Source: an uncultured Chloroflexia bacterium
GTDB lineage: Bacteria > Chloroflexota > Limnocylindria > QHBO01
Reading direction: 5' to 3'
Assembly (NCBI GenBank): GCA_963825525.1
Contig: CAWGTN010000003.1
Location: forward strand, 128,001-192,000
DNA: 64,000 nucleotides
Shown here: one piece after another, positions 47,198-56,239 of the stretch
Layout: every line of letters begins with the position of its first letter
How positions within the stretch are numbered: position 1 is the stretch's first letter
Made by a program: the position numbers and the translations under genes
Notes under the pieces: model-generated
Database searches by the model: none
The model's input: the letters and a program-made list of their open reading frames with translations, nothing else
What the model was told of the DNA's origin: nothing

Positions 47198-48610
47198 TCA
47201 TCGGGACGGAACGGACAGACCCGCCTCCGGCAGCCCGGAAAGGCGGCCGATTCCGGCGTCGATCCGTCCCTCGTCGATCGACCCGTAGCCGAAGACGATG
47301 CCCGCTTCGCTATCGGGTCCACGACAGGTGTTCGCCAGGCCGTAGAGGCCGATTCCGCCGGCCGCCGCTGCGGCCACCAGCGTCGCCTCATCGACCCCCG
47401 GAGGCAGCCAGGCCATCACGTGCAGGCCGGCCGAGGCACCGGTCGGCCGCCAGTCCGGGAGGTGGCGCGCCAGGGCGTCGAGCAGGGTGTCCCGGCGGCG
47501 CCGATAGATCGACCGCATGCGGCGCAGATGCCGATCGAGCTCGCCCCCCTCGACGAAGTCCGCCAGGGCCAGCTGATCCAGTGCGCTCGACCCCTGGTCG
47601 GCGGCGAGCTTCGCGGTCGTGAGGGCGTCCCGGAGCCGCGGCGGCACGGCCAGCCATCCGAGACGCAGCCCCGGGGCCAGGGTCTTGCTTGCCGTGCCGG
47701 CATAGATCACGCGATCGGCACAGAGGCCCTGCATGGCACCGATCGGGTCTCGGTCGTACCGGAATTCGGCGTCGTAGTCGTCCTCGATGACGACCGCATC
47801 GCGGCGATCGGCCCAGGCAACGAGCTGACCTCGCCGGTCGGCGGAAAGGACCGCGCCGGTCGGGTACTGGTGCGCCGGCGTGACGACCATGGCGTCCGCG
47901 TCCGATGCCTCCAGCAGGTCCACCCGTACGCCCTGGTCGTCGACGGGGATGGCGACGACCGGTAGACCGGCATCCTCGAGCATCTGCCGGTACTCCGGAT
48001 GCCACGGATCCTCGACGCCGATGCGTCGCGCGCCGGACGCGCGAAGGACCTGGGCCACGAGATGCAGCCCCTGGGCGACGCCGCCGGTGACGATCACGTT
48101 ATTCGCGGCGATGCACGTCCCGCGCGAACGGTTCAGATAGCCGGCCAGGGCGTTCCGCAGCTCCGGCATGCCCCCGCCACCCAGGTACCCGAGTCGGTCC
48201 GCGGGCGCCGATGCCAGGACGCGGCGAAGCGACCGCAGCCACGCCGTGCGCGGGAACTCCCGGACGTCGGGTCGTCCGGGGCGGAAGTCGATCTCGAAGT
48301 CCGGTCGCACGCTGATCGGGGCGGACTCGACCGAGCCCGGGACCCGTCCGACGCGCGTGGCTCCACCGGGGCGGCTGACCAGGTAGCCCTCGGCGGTGAG
48401 CTGCTCGTACGCCGAGACGACCACACCGCGCGCCACCCCAAGCTGCGCCGCGAGGGCACGGGTCGATGGGAGGGACGCGTCCGCGTTCAGTCGTCCTCCG
48501 CGAACCGCGTCCCGCAGCGCCTGCTCGAGCTGCCGATACAGAGGGAGCTCGTTGTCGCGGTGGAGCGGAAGGTAGAGCTCCAACTCTGAACTGGTCCGGA
48601 ATCGTCGCAT
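47198..48610 (-). CDS. MocR/GabR family PLP-dependent transcriptional regulator
   Basis: LPSTRALA...VSAYEQL..EGYL; TPAHQYPTG, IEDDYD, GTASKTLAPGLRLGW. Confidence 0.93.
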   Translation of the reverse strand: MRRFRTSSELELYLPLHRDNELPLYRQLEQALRDAVRGGRLNADASLPSTRALAAQLGVARGVVVSAYEQLTAEGYLVSRPGGATRVGRVPGSVESAPISVRPDFEIDFRPGRPDVREFPRTAWLRSLRRVLASAPADRLGYLGGGGMPELRNALAGYLNRSRGTCIAANNVIVTGGVAQGLHLVAQVLRASGARRIGVEDPWHPEYRQMLEDAGLPVVAIPVDDQGVRVDLLEASDADAMVVTPAHQYPTGAVLSADRRGQLVAWADRRDAVVIEDDYDAEFRYDRDPIGAMQGLCADRVIYAGTASKTLAPGLRLGWLAVPPRLRDALTTAKLAADQGSSALDQLALADFVEGGELDRHLRRMRSIYRRRRDTLLDALARHLPDWRPTGASAGLHVMAWLPPGVDEATLVAAAAAGGIGLYGLANTCRGPDSEAGIVFGYGSIDEGRIDAGIGRLSGLPEAGLSVPSR

Positions 48611-48636
48611 CGGACTGGACCTTAGCAAAGGACCGG
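48591..48636. promoter_or_regulatory. Putative MocR-type binding boxes
   Basis: Direct repeats CTGGTCC (48591) and CTGGACC (48615) plus inverted GGACCGG (48630) at the junction of the divergent mocR and eamA genes. Confidence 0.55.
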
Positions 48637-48656
48637 TCGGATGTCATCATCGAGGT

Positions 48657-49583
48657 ATGCAGGATCGCGCGAACCAACTCAACTGGCTGATCTTCATCGC
48701 CCTGGGCGTGATGTGGGGCAGCAGCTACCTCTTCATCAAGATCGGGGTCGAGACGCTGACCCCGTTCACCCTGGTGGCACTGCGCCTCGCCATCGGCGCC
48801 GCCCTCCTGATCGCGGTGGTCTCCATCGCTCGCGAGCCGATGCCGCGCCGGATCGGCACCTACGGGCACCTCGTCGTGATGTCGATCTTCAACATCGTGC
48901 TGCCGTTCAGCCTCATCACCTGGGCCGAGCTGAGCGTGGCGTCCTCGCTGGCCGCCATCCTGACCGCTGCCGTCCCGCTGTTCGTCATCGTCATCGCGGC
49001 CATCGCGCTCAGGGATGAGCCGATCACCATCGGCCGCGCCGCCGGACTCGTCGTCGGCTTCATAGGGGTCGTGATCCTCACCGGCGGGGGACCGGTCGGG
49101 TCATCCAGCTTCCTCGCGGAGCTGGCGCTCGTTGGCGCGGCGATCTCCTACGCCATTGGCGCGGTCTACGCTCGGCGCAACATCCGCGGGCTGCGGCCCA
49201 TGGTGCCCGCTGTCCTCCAGGTTGGATTCGCCTTCGTCATCAGCGCCAGCCTGGCCCTCGTCTTCGAGCGGCCATTCGAGCTGTCGTACCCGCCCCAGGC
49301 CTGGTTTGCCCTGGCCTGGATCGGGCTGCTGGGGTCGGGGCTGGCCTATCTCGCGTTCTTCCGCCTGCTGGCGACCTGGGGTGCGACCCGTACCTCGATG
49401 GTCGCCTACGTCCTGCCGATCGTGGGCATCGTGCTGGGTGTCGTGTTCGCCTCCGAGGCCGTCGATCTGCGGATGATCGGTGGCACGGTGCTCGTCATCG
49501 GCGGCATTGCGCTGGTCAACGCCCGATTCGGACGATTCCCACTCGGTCGTCGCGCGGATCCCAAGGTCAAGACGGCCGCATGA
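48657..49583 (+). CDS. EamA/DMT family transporter
   Basis: MWGSSYLFIK, PFSLITWAE, GATRTSMVAY. Confidence 0.93.
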   Translation: MQDRANQLNWLIFIALGVMWGSSYLFIKIGVETLTPFTLVALRLAIGAALLIAVVSIAREPMPRRIGTYGHLVVMSIFNIVLPFSLITWAELSVASSLAAILTAAVPLFVIVIAAIALRDEPITIGRAAGLVVGFIGVVILTGGGPVGSSSFLAELALVGAAISYAIGAVYARRNIRGLRPMVPAVLQVGFAFVISASLALVFERPFELSYPPQAWFALAWIGLLGSGLAYLAFFRLLATWGATRTSMVAYVLPIVGIVLGVVFASEAVDLRMIGGTVLVIGGIALVNARFGRFPLGRRADPKVKTAA

Positions 49584-50017
49584 GCTGGGCGAAGTTCGAG
49601 GACGAGGCGGCAGAGGCCGCCGCTCGGGGCCGCCAGCTCATCCACCGAAACGAGATCGGGCAGGGCCTGCTGGTGACGATCCGGGGCAGTGGAACGCCTC
49701 GGATTCATCCGGTGTATGCGGCCGTGCGTGACGGGCGACTTCTCACCTTCGCCGATGGCGTGAAGGCCGTCGACCTGGAGCAGGATGGACGCTACGCGTT
49801 CCATACGCACGTGCACCCGGACGAGCCAAGCGAGTTCATGGTGCGCGGCCACGCGCGTCGCATCGAAGGCGATCTCCGTCAGCGGGTGGCGTCGACCTGG
49901 GACTTCGACCCGGGTGACACGTATCGCCTGTTCGAGCTGCTGGTCGAATCGGCGCTCCTTGGTGAGCGCGCCGATGCCGACGCGTGGCCTCCCATCTACA
50001 CCGCCTGGAAGGCTTAG
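49580..50017 (+). CDS. Pyridoxamine 5'-phosphate oxidase-like (FMN/F420-binding) protein
   Basis: LVTIRGSGTPRIHPV...KAVDLEQDGRYAFH. Confidence 0.8.
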   Translation: MSWAKFEDEAAEAAARGRQLIHRNEIGQGLLVTIRGSGTPRIHPVYAAVRDGRLLTFADGVKAVDLEQDGRYAFHTHVHPDEPSEFMVRGHARRIEGDLRQRVASTWDFDPGDTYRLFELLVESALLGERADADAWPPIYTAWKA

Positions 50018-50036
50018 GCCCTCTACGCCAATTCGC

Positions 50037-50067
50037 CGATGAGTTTCGGCGCGCGACCCGGTCAGAT
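50037..50067 (+). promoter_or_regulatory. SigG-like ECF promoter CGATGA-N18-GTC
   Basis: CGATGA gtttcggcgcgcgacccg GTC about 30 nt upstream of the MFS start. Confidence 0.55.
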
Positions 50068-50094
50068 GGACATCAACCCAGAGAGACGTTACCC

Positions 50095-51708
50095 ATGACT
50101 TCGACTGCCCCCCAAAAAGCAACTCGGCGCGAGTGGATCGGCCTCGCCGTGCTGGCCCTCGCCACATTGATGTACGTGATGGACCTCACCGTCCTTCATC
50201 TTGCCGTTCCCGCGTTGAGCGCCGACCTCGAGCCGAGCAGCGCGCAGCTGCTGTGGATCATCGACATCTACGGATTCATGGTTGCCGGCGCGCTGATCAC
50301 GATGGGCACTCTTGGCGACCGGATCGGCCGGCGACGGCTACTCCTCATCGGCGCGGCGGTCTTCGGCGTCTTCTCGGTGCTGGCCGCCTTCTCCGTGAGC
50401 GCCGAGATGCTCATTGCCAGCCGCGCACTGCTTGGCCTGGCGGGCGCCACGCTCGCGCCGTCCACGCTGTCGCTCATCTTCCACATGTTCAACGATCCGA
50501 AGGAGCGCTCGATCGCGATCGGCGTCTGGATCGGCGGCTTCAGCGCGGGCAGTGCGATCGGCCCCGTGCTCGGCGGCGTCATGCTCGAGTTCTTCTGGTG
50601 GGGATCGGTCTTCCTGTTGGCGCTGCCGGTGATGGCGCTGCTGCTCGTCCTCGGCCCGCGCGTCCTGCCCGAATATCGAGATCCCGACGCCGGCCGGCTC
50701 GATGTCACGAGCGCCGCGATGTCGGTGGCGGCCCTGCTGGCGTTGATCTTCGGCCTGAAGCAGATTGCGCAGGACGGGTTCGGCATGGCGCCGCTGCTCG
50801 CCATCGGAATCGGCATTGCGGTCGGCGTGCTGTGGGTTCGCCGCCAGCAGCGCCTGCCCGATCCGATGATCGACGTTGCCCTGTTCCGGATCCGTGCCTT
50901 CAACGGCGCGCTGGCCGTGAACTTCCTGGCGATCTTCGTGATGGTCGGCTACTTCCTGTTCGTGGCGCAGTACCTCCAGCTCGTGGTCGGGCTGTCGCCA
51001 CTCGAGGCGGGGCTGTGGTCGCTGCCGTCGGCCATCGGTTTCATCGTCGGCTCGCAGCTCGCACCGCGGGTCGTGCAGCGCGTGCGCCCGGCGTATCTCA
51101 TCGGCGGCGGCCTGGCGGTGGCGGCCATCGGGCTCTTCATGCTCAGTCGCGTTGGATCGATCGACGGGCTGGGATTGCTCGTCGCCAGCTCGGTTGTCAT
51201 CTCGATCGGCATGGCGCCGGTGTTCGGGCTGACCACTGAGCTGATCGTCGGATCGGCACCTCCGGAGCGGGCTGGCGCGGCGTCAGGCATCAGCGAGACC
51301 GGTGCCGAGCTGGGCGGTGCACTCGGCATCGCGATCCTCGGAAGCATCGGCGTTGCGATCTATCGCGGCGAGCTGTCCGAACGCCTGCCGTCGGCCGTGC
51401 CGGACGCGGCTGCCGACGTCGCCCGTGACACGCTGGGCGGGGCGGTGGCGGTAGCCGGTCAGCTGCCCGACGCGCTGGGCGCAACGGTCCTGGGAGCGGC
51501 TCGCGATGCGTTCGTTCACGGCATGCAGCTCACGAGCGTCATGGCCTCCGTGGTGGCCGTGGGTCTGGCCGTGACGGCCGTCGTGGTCTTCCGGACCCCC
51601 GGTTCACCGCCGGCCGAGTCCGCCACCGGACCCGATGAGCGCCACGAGCCGCAGCATCCGGCGCCGATGCCGGTCCCCGCCGCTCGCCTCGAGGGCGCCG
51701 AGGGCTAG
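50095..51708 (+). CDS. DHA2 MFS efflux pump (SmvA/QacA/LfrA-like)
   Basis: DLTVLHLAVP, WIIDIY, GDRIGRRRLL, PSTLSLI, ISET..ELG. Confidence 0.92.
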   Translation: MTSTAPQKATRREWIGLAVLALATLMYVMDLTVLHLAVPALSADLEPSSAQLLWIIDIYGFMVAGALITMGTLGDRIGRRRLLLIGAAVFGVFSVLAAFSVSAEMLIASRALLGLAGATLAPSTLSLIFHMFNDPKERSIAIGVWIGGFSAGSAIGPVLGGVMLEFFWWGSVFLLALPVMALLLVLGPRVLPEYRDPDAGRLDVTSAAMSVAALLALIFGLKQIAQDGFGMAPLLAIGIGIAVGVLWVRRQQRLPDPMIDVALFRIRAFNGALAVNFLAIFVMVGYFLFVAQYLQLVVGLSPLEAGLWSLPSAIGFIVGSQLAPRVVQRVRPAYLIGGGLAVAAIGLFMLSRVGSIDGLGLLVASSVVISIGMAPVFGLTTELIVGSAPPERAGAASGISETGAELGGALGIAILGSIGVAIYRGELSERLPSAVPDAAADVARDTLGGAVAVAGQLPDALGATVLGAARDAFVHGMQLTSVMASVVAVGLAVTAVVVFRTPGSPPAESATGPDERHEPQHPAPMPVPAARLEGAEG

Positions 51709-51742
51709 CCGCCCCCATCGACGCGGGTGCGATCATGAGCGC

Positions 51743-53128
51743 ATGAGTCCACGCTGGCTGCTGGCACTCGCCTGGCTCGCCGGGTTCACGCTCATCGACT
51801 CGAGCATCGTGAGCCTGGCGCTTCCCGACATCGCTCGCGACTTCGACCAGAGCATCGGCCAGCTGGCGTGGGTCTCCACTGGATTCCTGTTGGCCCTGGC
51901 CGCCACGCTGCTCGCCGCAGGACGTTTGAGCGATCGATATGGGCAGCGCCTTGTGCTGGCCATCGGCGCGCTGGGATTCCTGGTCTTCACCCTGGCATGC
52001 GGCCTGGCGCCGAGCTACGAGCTCCTCGTGGGCGCCCGGGTCGCACAGGGGGTGTTCGGCGGGATCCTGTACACCGTCTCGCTGGCAATCACCGTCACCG
52101 CGTTCCCACCGGAGCGTCGTTCGACGGCCATTGGCATCTACTTCACCTCCGGCGCACTCGGGGCGGTCATCGGGCCGGTGGTCGGCGGCTTCCTCACCGA
52201 TCTCGGGGGATGGCGTCTCGTGTTCCTGGCCCAGCTGCCGCTGCCGCTGGTCGTGGCGATCGGAGCGGTGGTCCTGCTTCCGCGCGCGACCGGGCGGTCA
52301 GGGTCCTTCGACGTGGCCGGCATCACGGCCGCGTCCCTCGCCATCGTGGCGATCACGTTCGGCATGCTCGAGCTCTCCGAGCCGGGAGGGATCGGGCTGG
52401 CCATCGGTGCGGGTGTCGTGGCCATCCTGGCGCTGGGTGCCTTCGTCGCGGTCGAGCGCCGCGTGCCCGACCCCGCGGTCCGGCTCGACATCTTCGGCAA
52501 CTCGCGATTCGTGGTGGCAACCCTGGCCGGCGCGGGAGCCTGGTTCGCGATCATGTCGTCGACGATCTACACCGCCCTCTACCTCCAACTCGGCCGCGGC
52601 TTCGGTGCGGCTGATTCCGGGTTGGTGCTCCTGGCATCACCGCTCGTCGCCCTGGTCGGCTTTCCGTTCGGCGGCCGCATGGTGCGATCCGTCGGTGTGG
52701 ATCGGTCGCTCATGGCGGGCGTGTCACTGATGCTCATCGGCTCGTCGCTCATGCTCACCTGGGGAGCCGATACGCCGGTGTGGTGGATCGTGACAACCGG
52801 GCTCGTCACCGGCGCCGGTATCGCGCTCTCGCTGGTCGCCAGCGCCACCGATGCGCTCGCGCAGTTTCGACCGGAGGATGCCGGGACCGGATCGGCTCTG
52901 TTCAACAGCCTCCGTCAGCTCGGTGCGGCAATGGGCGTTGCCGTCCCGGCCGTGGCGTTCGAGCTGCTTGCCATGGGCAGTCGAACGCCTGACTCCTCGC
53001 TGGCCGGGAGCAGCGCCGCATTCGTGATCCGCACCGCCGTGCTTGTCGTCCCGCTCGTGCTCGTGCTCGTCGATCGACGCGAGGCGCTGCGGTCGGGTGG
53101 CGCCCCCTCGCTCAACGAGGCGGGCTGA
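51743..53128 (+). CDS. DHA2-type MFS transporter
   Basis: IDSSIVSLALP, GRLSDRYG, GPVVGG..T...WR.VF. Confidence 0.88.
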   Translation: MSPRWLLALAWLAGFTLIDSSIVSLALPDIARDFDQSIGQLAWVSTGFLLALAATLLAAGRLSDRYGQRLVLAIGALGFLVFTLACGLAPSYELLVGARVAQGVFGGILYTVSLAITVTAFPPERRSTAIGIYFTSGALGAVIGPVVGGFLTDLGGWRLVFLAQLPLPLVVAIGAVVLLPRATGRSGSFDVAGITAASLAIVAITFGMLELSEPGGIGLAIGAGVVAILALGAFVAVERRVPDPAVRLDIFGNSRFVVATLAGAGAWFAIMSSTIYTALYLQLGRGFGAADSGLVLLASPLVALVGFPFGGRMVRSVGVDRSLMAGVSLMLIGSSLMLTWGADTPVWWIVTTGLVTGAGIALSLVASATDALAQFRPEDAGTGSALFNSLRQLGAAMGVAVPAVAFELLAMGSRTPDSSLAGSSAAFVIRTAVLVVPLVLVLVDRREALRSGGAPSLNEAG

Positions 53129-53173
53129 CGCGCGGAACCCCGACCGCAGCAGGCGCGACCGAGCCCAGCCAGG

Positions 53174-54376
53174 TCAGGCCCGGTGCGCCGCGTGGAGTCG
53201 CACCGTGCCGGCAATGCCCTTCAGCTCGACCGGACCGATCTCGGTGAATCCGAGGCCGCTCCCATCGGCTGCCTCGACCACCTCCTGGCTGACAAGCACT
53301 TCCCCGGGACGCGCGTAGTCGCTGACGCGGGAGGCGACATTCACCGTGCGACCGAAGTAGTCGCCTTCCTGGAAGAGGACCGGTCCCGCGTGCAGGCCCA
53401 CGTGTGCAGGAGGCAGGCCCGCGGCCCGCGCGCCGTCGACCATGTCGAGCGCGGCCAGCACGCCGGGGCCGGGATTGCGGAAGTAGAACATGACTCCGTC
53501 GCCCATCCACTTGATGGGCTTGCCGTCGTGCTGGGCAGAGGCCCGTCGCACAAGCGTGCGGAGCCGGTCGGCGAGGTCGGCTGCCGCCTCGTCGCCGTGC
53601 TCTTCAGTGAGGCGCGTATAGCCGGTCAGGTCCAGGAAACAGATGGCGGGCGGCTGAGCGAGCCGGCTGAACACACCGGCCTGGCTGAGCGCCTGCTCGA
53701 CCCCGTAGATGATGCTCTCGTTCCACGTATGTTCCTGGTGCCCGTGGTAGAGGCCCAGCAGCACGTCATCGAGAAGGGGAGCGAGCTTGGCGGCAACCTG
53801 GTTGTCCGCCATTTCCATCATCTCGCTGGGGGAGAACCCCTGCTCGAGCAGGGGAAGCTCGACTTCCGTACGCCACCAATCCGTCTCGGTCTCGGCGATG
53901 CGCCGGATCGATTCGCCGTAGAGGCGGAGCCAGCGGTCGATGACGGCCGGGCGGAAGCCGTGCGCCACCTGGGCTTCGACGAGGGGGATGATTCTCAACT
54001 CATTGTCGCGAATGAGATCGTTCGGCGACGGTTCCGCGAACCCGGTGGCCTCGCGCATGACAAGGAGGAGATGCACGGGGATGCCGGTCCGCTCGCTGAC
54101 CTGCGCGAACGTGGTGTCCGTGTACGTGCTGAACCGGTCGTAGCCGCTCGCGTCCATGAAGTCGAGCGACAGGACGCCGTCACGAACGGCCTGCGCGATG
54201 CCCTCAAGGGGAAGGCCCGCCTTTTCGAGTGTCTGGACGAGCGTGCTGCGTCGGATGTCTCCGAGCGTCAGGCTGCCGTCCGGCTGAGGCTCGAAGACGC
54301 GCAGCGCCAACAGCCGGTCGAGGTAGTCGACCGGAACGCCGGCGCGCTGTGCAGCCTCGGCCTTCGAGTATCCCAC
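53174..54376 (-). CDS. Class III adenylate cyclase with N-terminal regulatory domain (Rv1264/Rv2212-like)
   Basis: CFLDLTGYT, KWMGDGVM, GDYFGRTVNVASRV: complete catalytic and ATP-specifying residue set. Confidence 0.9.
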   Translation of the reverse strand: MGYSKAEAAQRAGVPVDYLDRLLALRVFEPQPDGSLTLGDIRRSTLVQTLEKAGLPLEGIAQAVRDGVLSLDFMDASGYDRFSTYTDTTFAQVSERTGIPVHLLLVMREATGFAEPSPNDLIRDNELRIIPLVEAQVAHGFRPAVIDRWLRLYGESIRRIAETETDWWRTEVELPLLEQGFSPSEMMEMADNQVAAKLAPLLDDVLLGLYHGHQEHTWNESIIYGVEQALSQAGVFSRLAQPPAICFLDLTGYTRLTEEHGDEAAADLADRLRTLVRRASAQHDGKPIKWMGDGVMFYFRNPGPGVLAALDMVDGARAAGLPPAHVGLHAGPVLFQEGDYFGRTVNVASRVSDYARPGEVLVSQEVVEAADGSGLGFTEIGPVELKGIAGTVRLHAAHRA

Positions 54377-54412
54377 CGCCCTAGGGTACCGGGTCGCCGA
54401 CCGGTCGACCGG

Positions 54413-54733
54413 TCAGCTCCCAGGGGGGCTGTAGGCAGGTGAGAGTCGGGACGCGGCGTCGAGGTCCTCGGCACTCAGCGTCACGATGGTGCGCAGCGTG
54501 ATCGACCCGCTGGATCCGATCTTCAGGCTGGCTGCCGCGGCTGCCGCGTGATCCGGGAAGTTCGCGAGCACGTAGAAGTCGTCGGACCCGAAGGCCCAGA
54601 AGATGTCCTCGAGCGTCCCGCCTGTTGATGCAACGACCTCGGTCGCCGCCTGACGGCGCTTGGTGCCGCCATCCTTGAGTACGCCCTTGGCGCCGTCGGC
54701 CGTGTAGCCGCCGATGAACAGATACCTGGGCAT
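54413..54733 (-). CDS. GYD domain protein
   Basis: MPRYL...YT..G.KG...GG..R...GG.LE...AFG..D; GGAGG RBS. Confidence 0.88.
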   Translation of the reverse strand: MPRYLFIGGYTADGAKGVLKDGGTKRRQAATEVVASTGGTLEDIFWAFGSDDFYVLANFPDHAAAAAASLKIGSSGSITLRTIVTLSAEDLDAASRLSPAYSPPGS

Positions 54734-54854
54734 GGGTGCGGTCCTCCATGATTATCGAAGGAGATCACGGTACACCCGCCCACCACGACTACTCCGCGGA
54801 CATGGCTCGGAACTTGCGATCTTGCCGTGCCAATCACCCGCACTCGAGAGATTC

Positions 54855-55301
54855 GTGACCGACACCGCCGCATCCTCACGCAGCGACCTGGCTGCCGTCG
54901 CCGAGATCCTGGCCCAGCTCGACATTTGCATGCTCACGACTCGCGCCGCCGATGGCGCTCTCCACGGGCGCCCCATGTCGAACAACGGTGAAGTGGAGTA
55001 CGACGGCGACAGCTGGTTCTTCGCTGGCGATGGGAGCAGAAAGGTCGTCGAGATCGACGCCGAGCCGCGGGTCGAGCTCGCCTTCATCGACACGCCGAAT
55101 GGGACCTGGATCAACGTCGAAGGAGAGGCCTCCGTCGTGCGTGACGCGCCGGAGCGCAAGCGTGCGCTCTGGCAGAAGGACCTCGAGCGCTGGTTCGAGA
55201 ATGGTCCCGACGACCCGAGCGTGGTACTCATCCGGGTCGAGGCTCGCCACATCGACGCCTGGGCCCGCGGCGAAGATCGCTCCTTCGACATCCCCGCCTG
55301 A
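54855..55301 (+). CDS. General stress protein 26 / pyridoxamine oxidase-like protein
   Basis: ICMLTT...LHGRPM, SWFF...SRKV.EI, LW...RWF..GPDDP. Confidence 0.85.
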   Translation: MTDTAASSRSDLAAVAEILAQLDICMLTTRAADGALHGRPMSNNGEVEYDGDSWFFAGDGSRKVVEIDAEPRVELAFIDTPNGTWINVEGEASVVRDAPERKRALWQKDLERWFENGPDDPSVVLIRVEARHIDAWARGEDRSFDIPA

Positions 55302-55354
55302 CCGGGGCGAGGTCTGGTCAAGAAGCCGCCAGCGGGCTCATCCCGAGCGAACGG

Positions 55355-55717
55355 TCAGTAGGTGACGACCTGGTCCGCCTGGGTGATGAGCTCGACAAGG
55401 CGCTCCGGCGGGACGAGCTCGACGGGCTTGTCGCCGAGCGCCGCCGCATCGAGCCCCCGTGCCTTGCTGGACATTCCGGATGCGAAGACGGGAACGCCGG
55501 CCGCGGCGATGGCCGTGTAGTGCTCGCGGATGCTGCCGGTGCCGATTCCGACTGCGGCGTCCATGGTGGCGTCGCGCAGATAGCCGACCGCGTCGCCCGC
55601 CAGGAACATCGTGACGTCGTGGCCGGCTGCCGCCGCCGATTTCGCAACGAGGAACGCGAGCGCACCGCGGGTGGGACTCTCGGGGCCGCTCACGAGATGG
55701 ACGAGAAGCTTGCTCAA
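55355..55717 (-). CDS. DsrE/DsrF-like protein
   Basis: GPESPTR..LAF.VA...GHDVTMFL.GDAV...ADQVVTY; GGAGG RBS before TTG. Confidence 0.85.
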   Translation of the reverse strand: MSKLLVHLVSGPESPTRGALAFLVAKSAAAAGHDVTMFLAGDAVGYLRDATMDAAVGIGTGSIREHYTAIAAAGVPVFASGMSSKARGLDAAALGDKPVELVPPERLVELITQADQVVTY

Positions 55718-55780
55718 AGTGACCTCCGTCTATTGCCTGTGGATCGGCACGGTAGCAGGGACACGCACGATACTTGGTGA

Positions 55781-56239
55781 GTGGTCGACGACGACGGAAT
55801 CCTGGTTGCCGTGTACGGCACGCTTCGCCGCGGCGAGCGCAACCATGAGCTGCTGCGCGGCTCGACGTATCTCGGTGCCGCCGAGGTCATAGGGACGCTT
55901 CGCGATGTCCCGAAGACGCCATACCGCGAGTACGCCTACCCCGCGCTGGTGCGTGAGCCCCGAGGCCGCGTGCAGGTCGAGGTCTATCGGCTGACCGGGC
56001 CGAGCGTGCTGGCCGAGCTGGACGAGCTCGAGCGCTACGATCCCGCTGACGAGGATGCGTCGCAGTACCTGCGTCGGGCCGTCGACATCCTCGACGGACC
56101 GGTCGACCGAGCCGAGGCCTACATCCACCACGGTCCAACCGATGAGCTGGGTTCGGTGATTGCCTCGGGGGACTGGCTGGAGCGTGGGCCGGATGCCCCG
56201 GCACCCGAGCTCAACCTGCCGGGTGACGCTCCGGTGTGA
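55781..56239 (+). CDS. Gamma-glutamylcyclotransferase (AIG2-like)
   Basis: [25 protein letters not shown]. Confidence 0.88.
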   Translation: MVDDDGILVAVYGTLRRGERNHELLRGSTYLGAAEVIGTLRDVPKTPYREYAYPALVREPRGRVQVEVYRLTGPSVLAELDELERYDPADEDASQYLRRAVDILDGPVDRAEAYIHHGPTDELGSVIASGDWLERGPDAPAPELNLPGDAPV

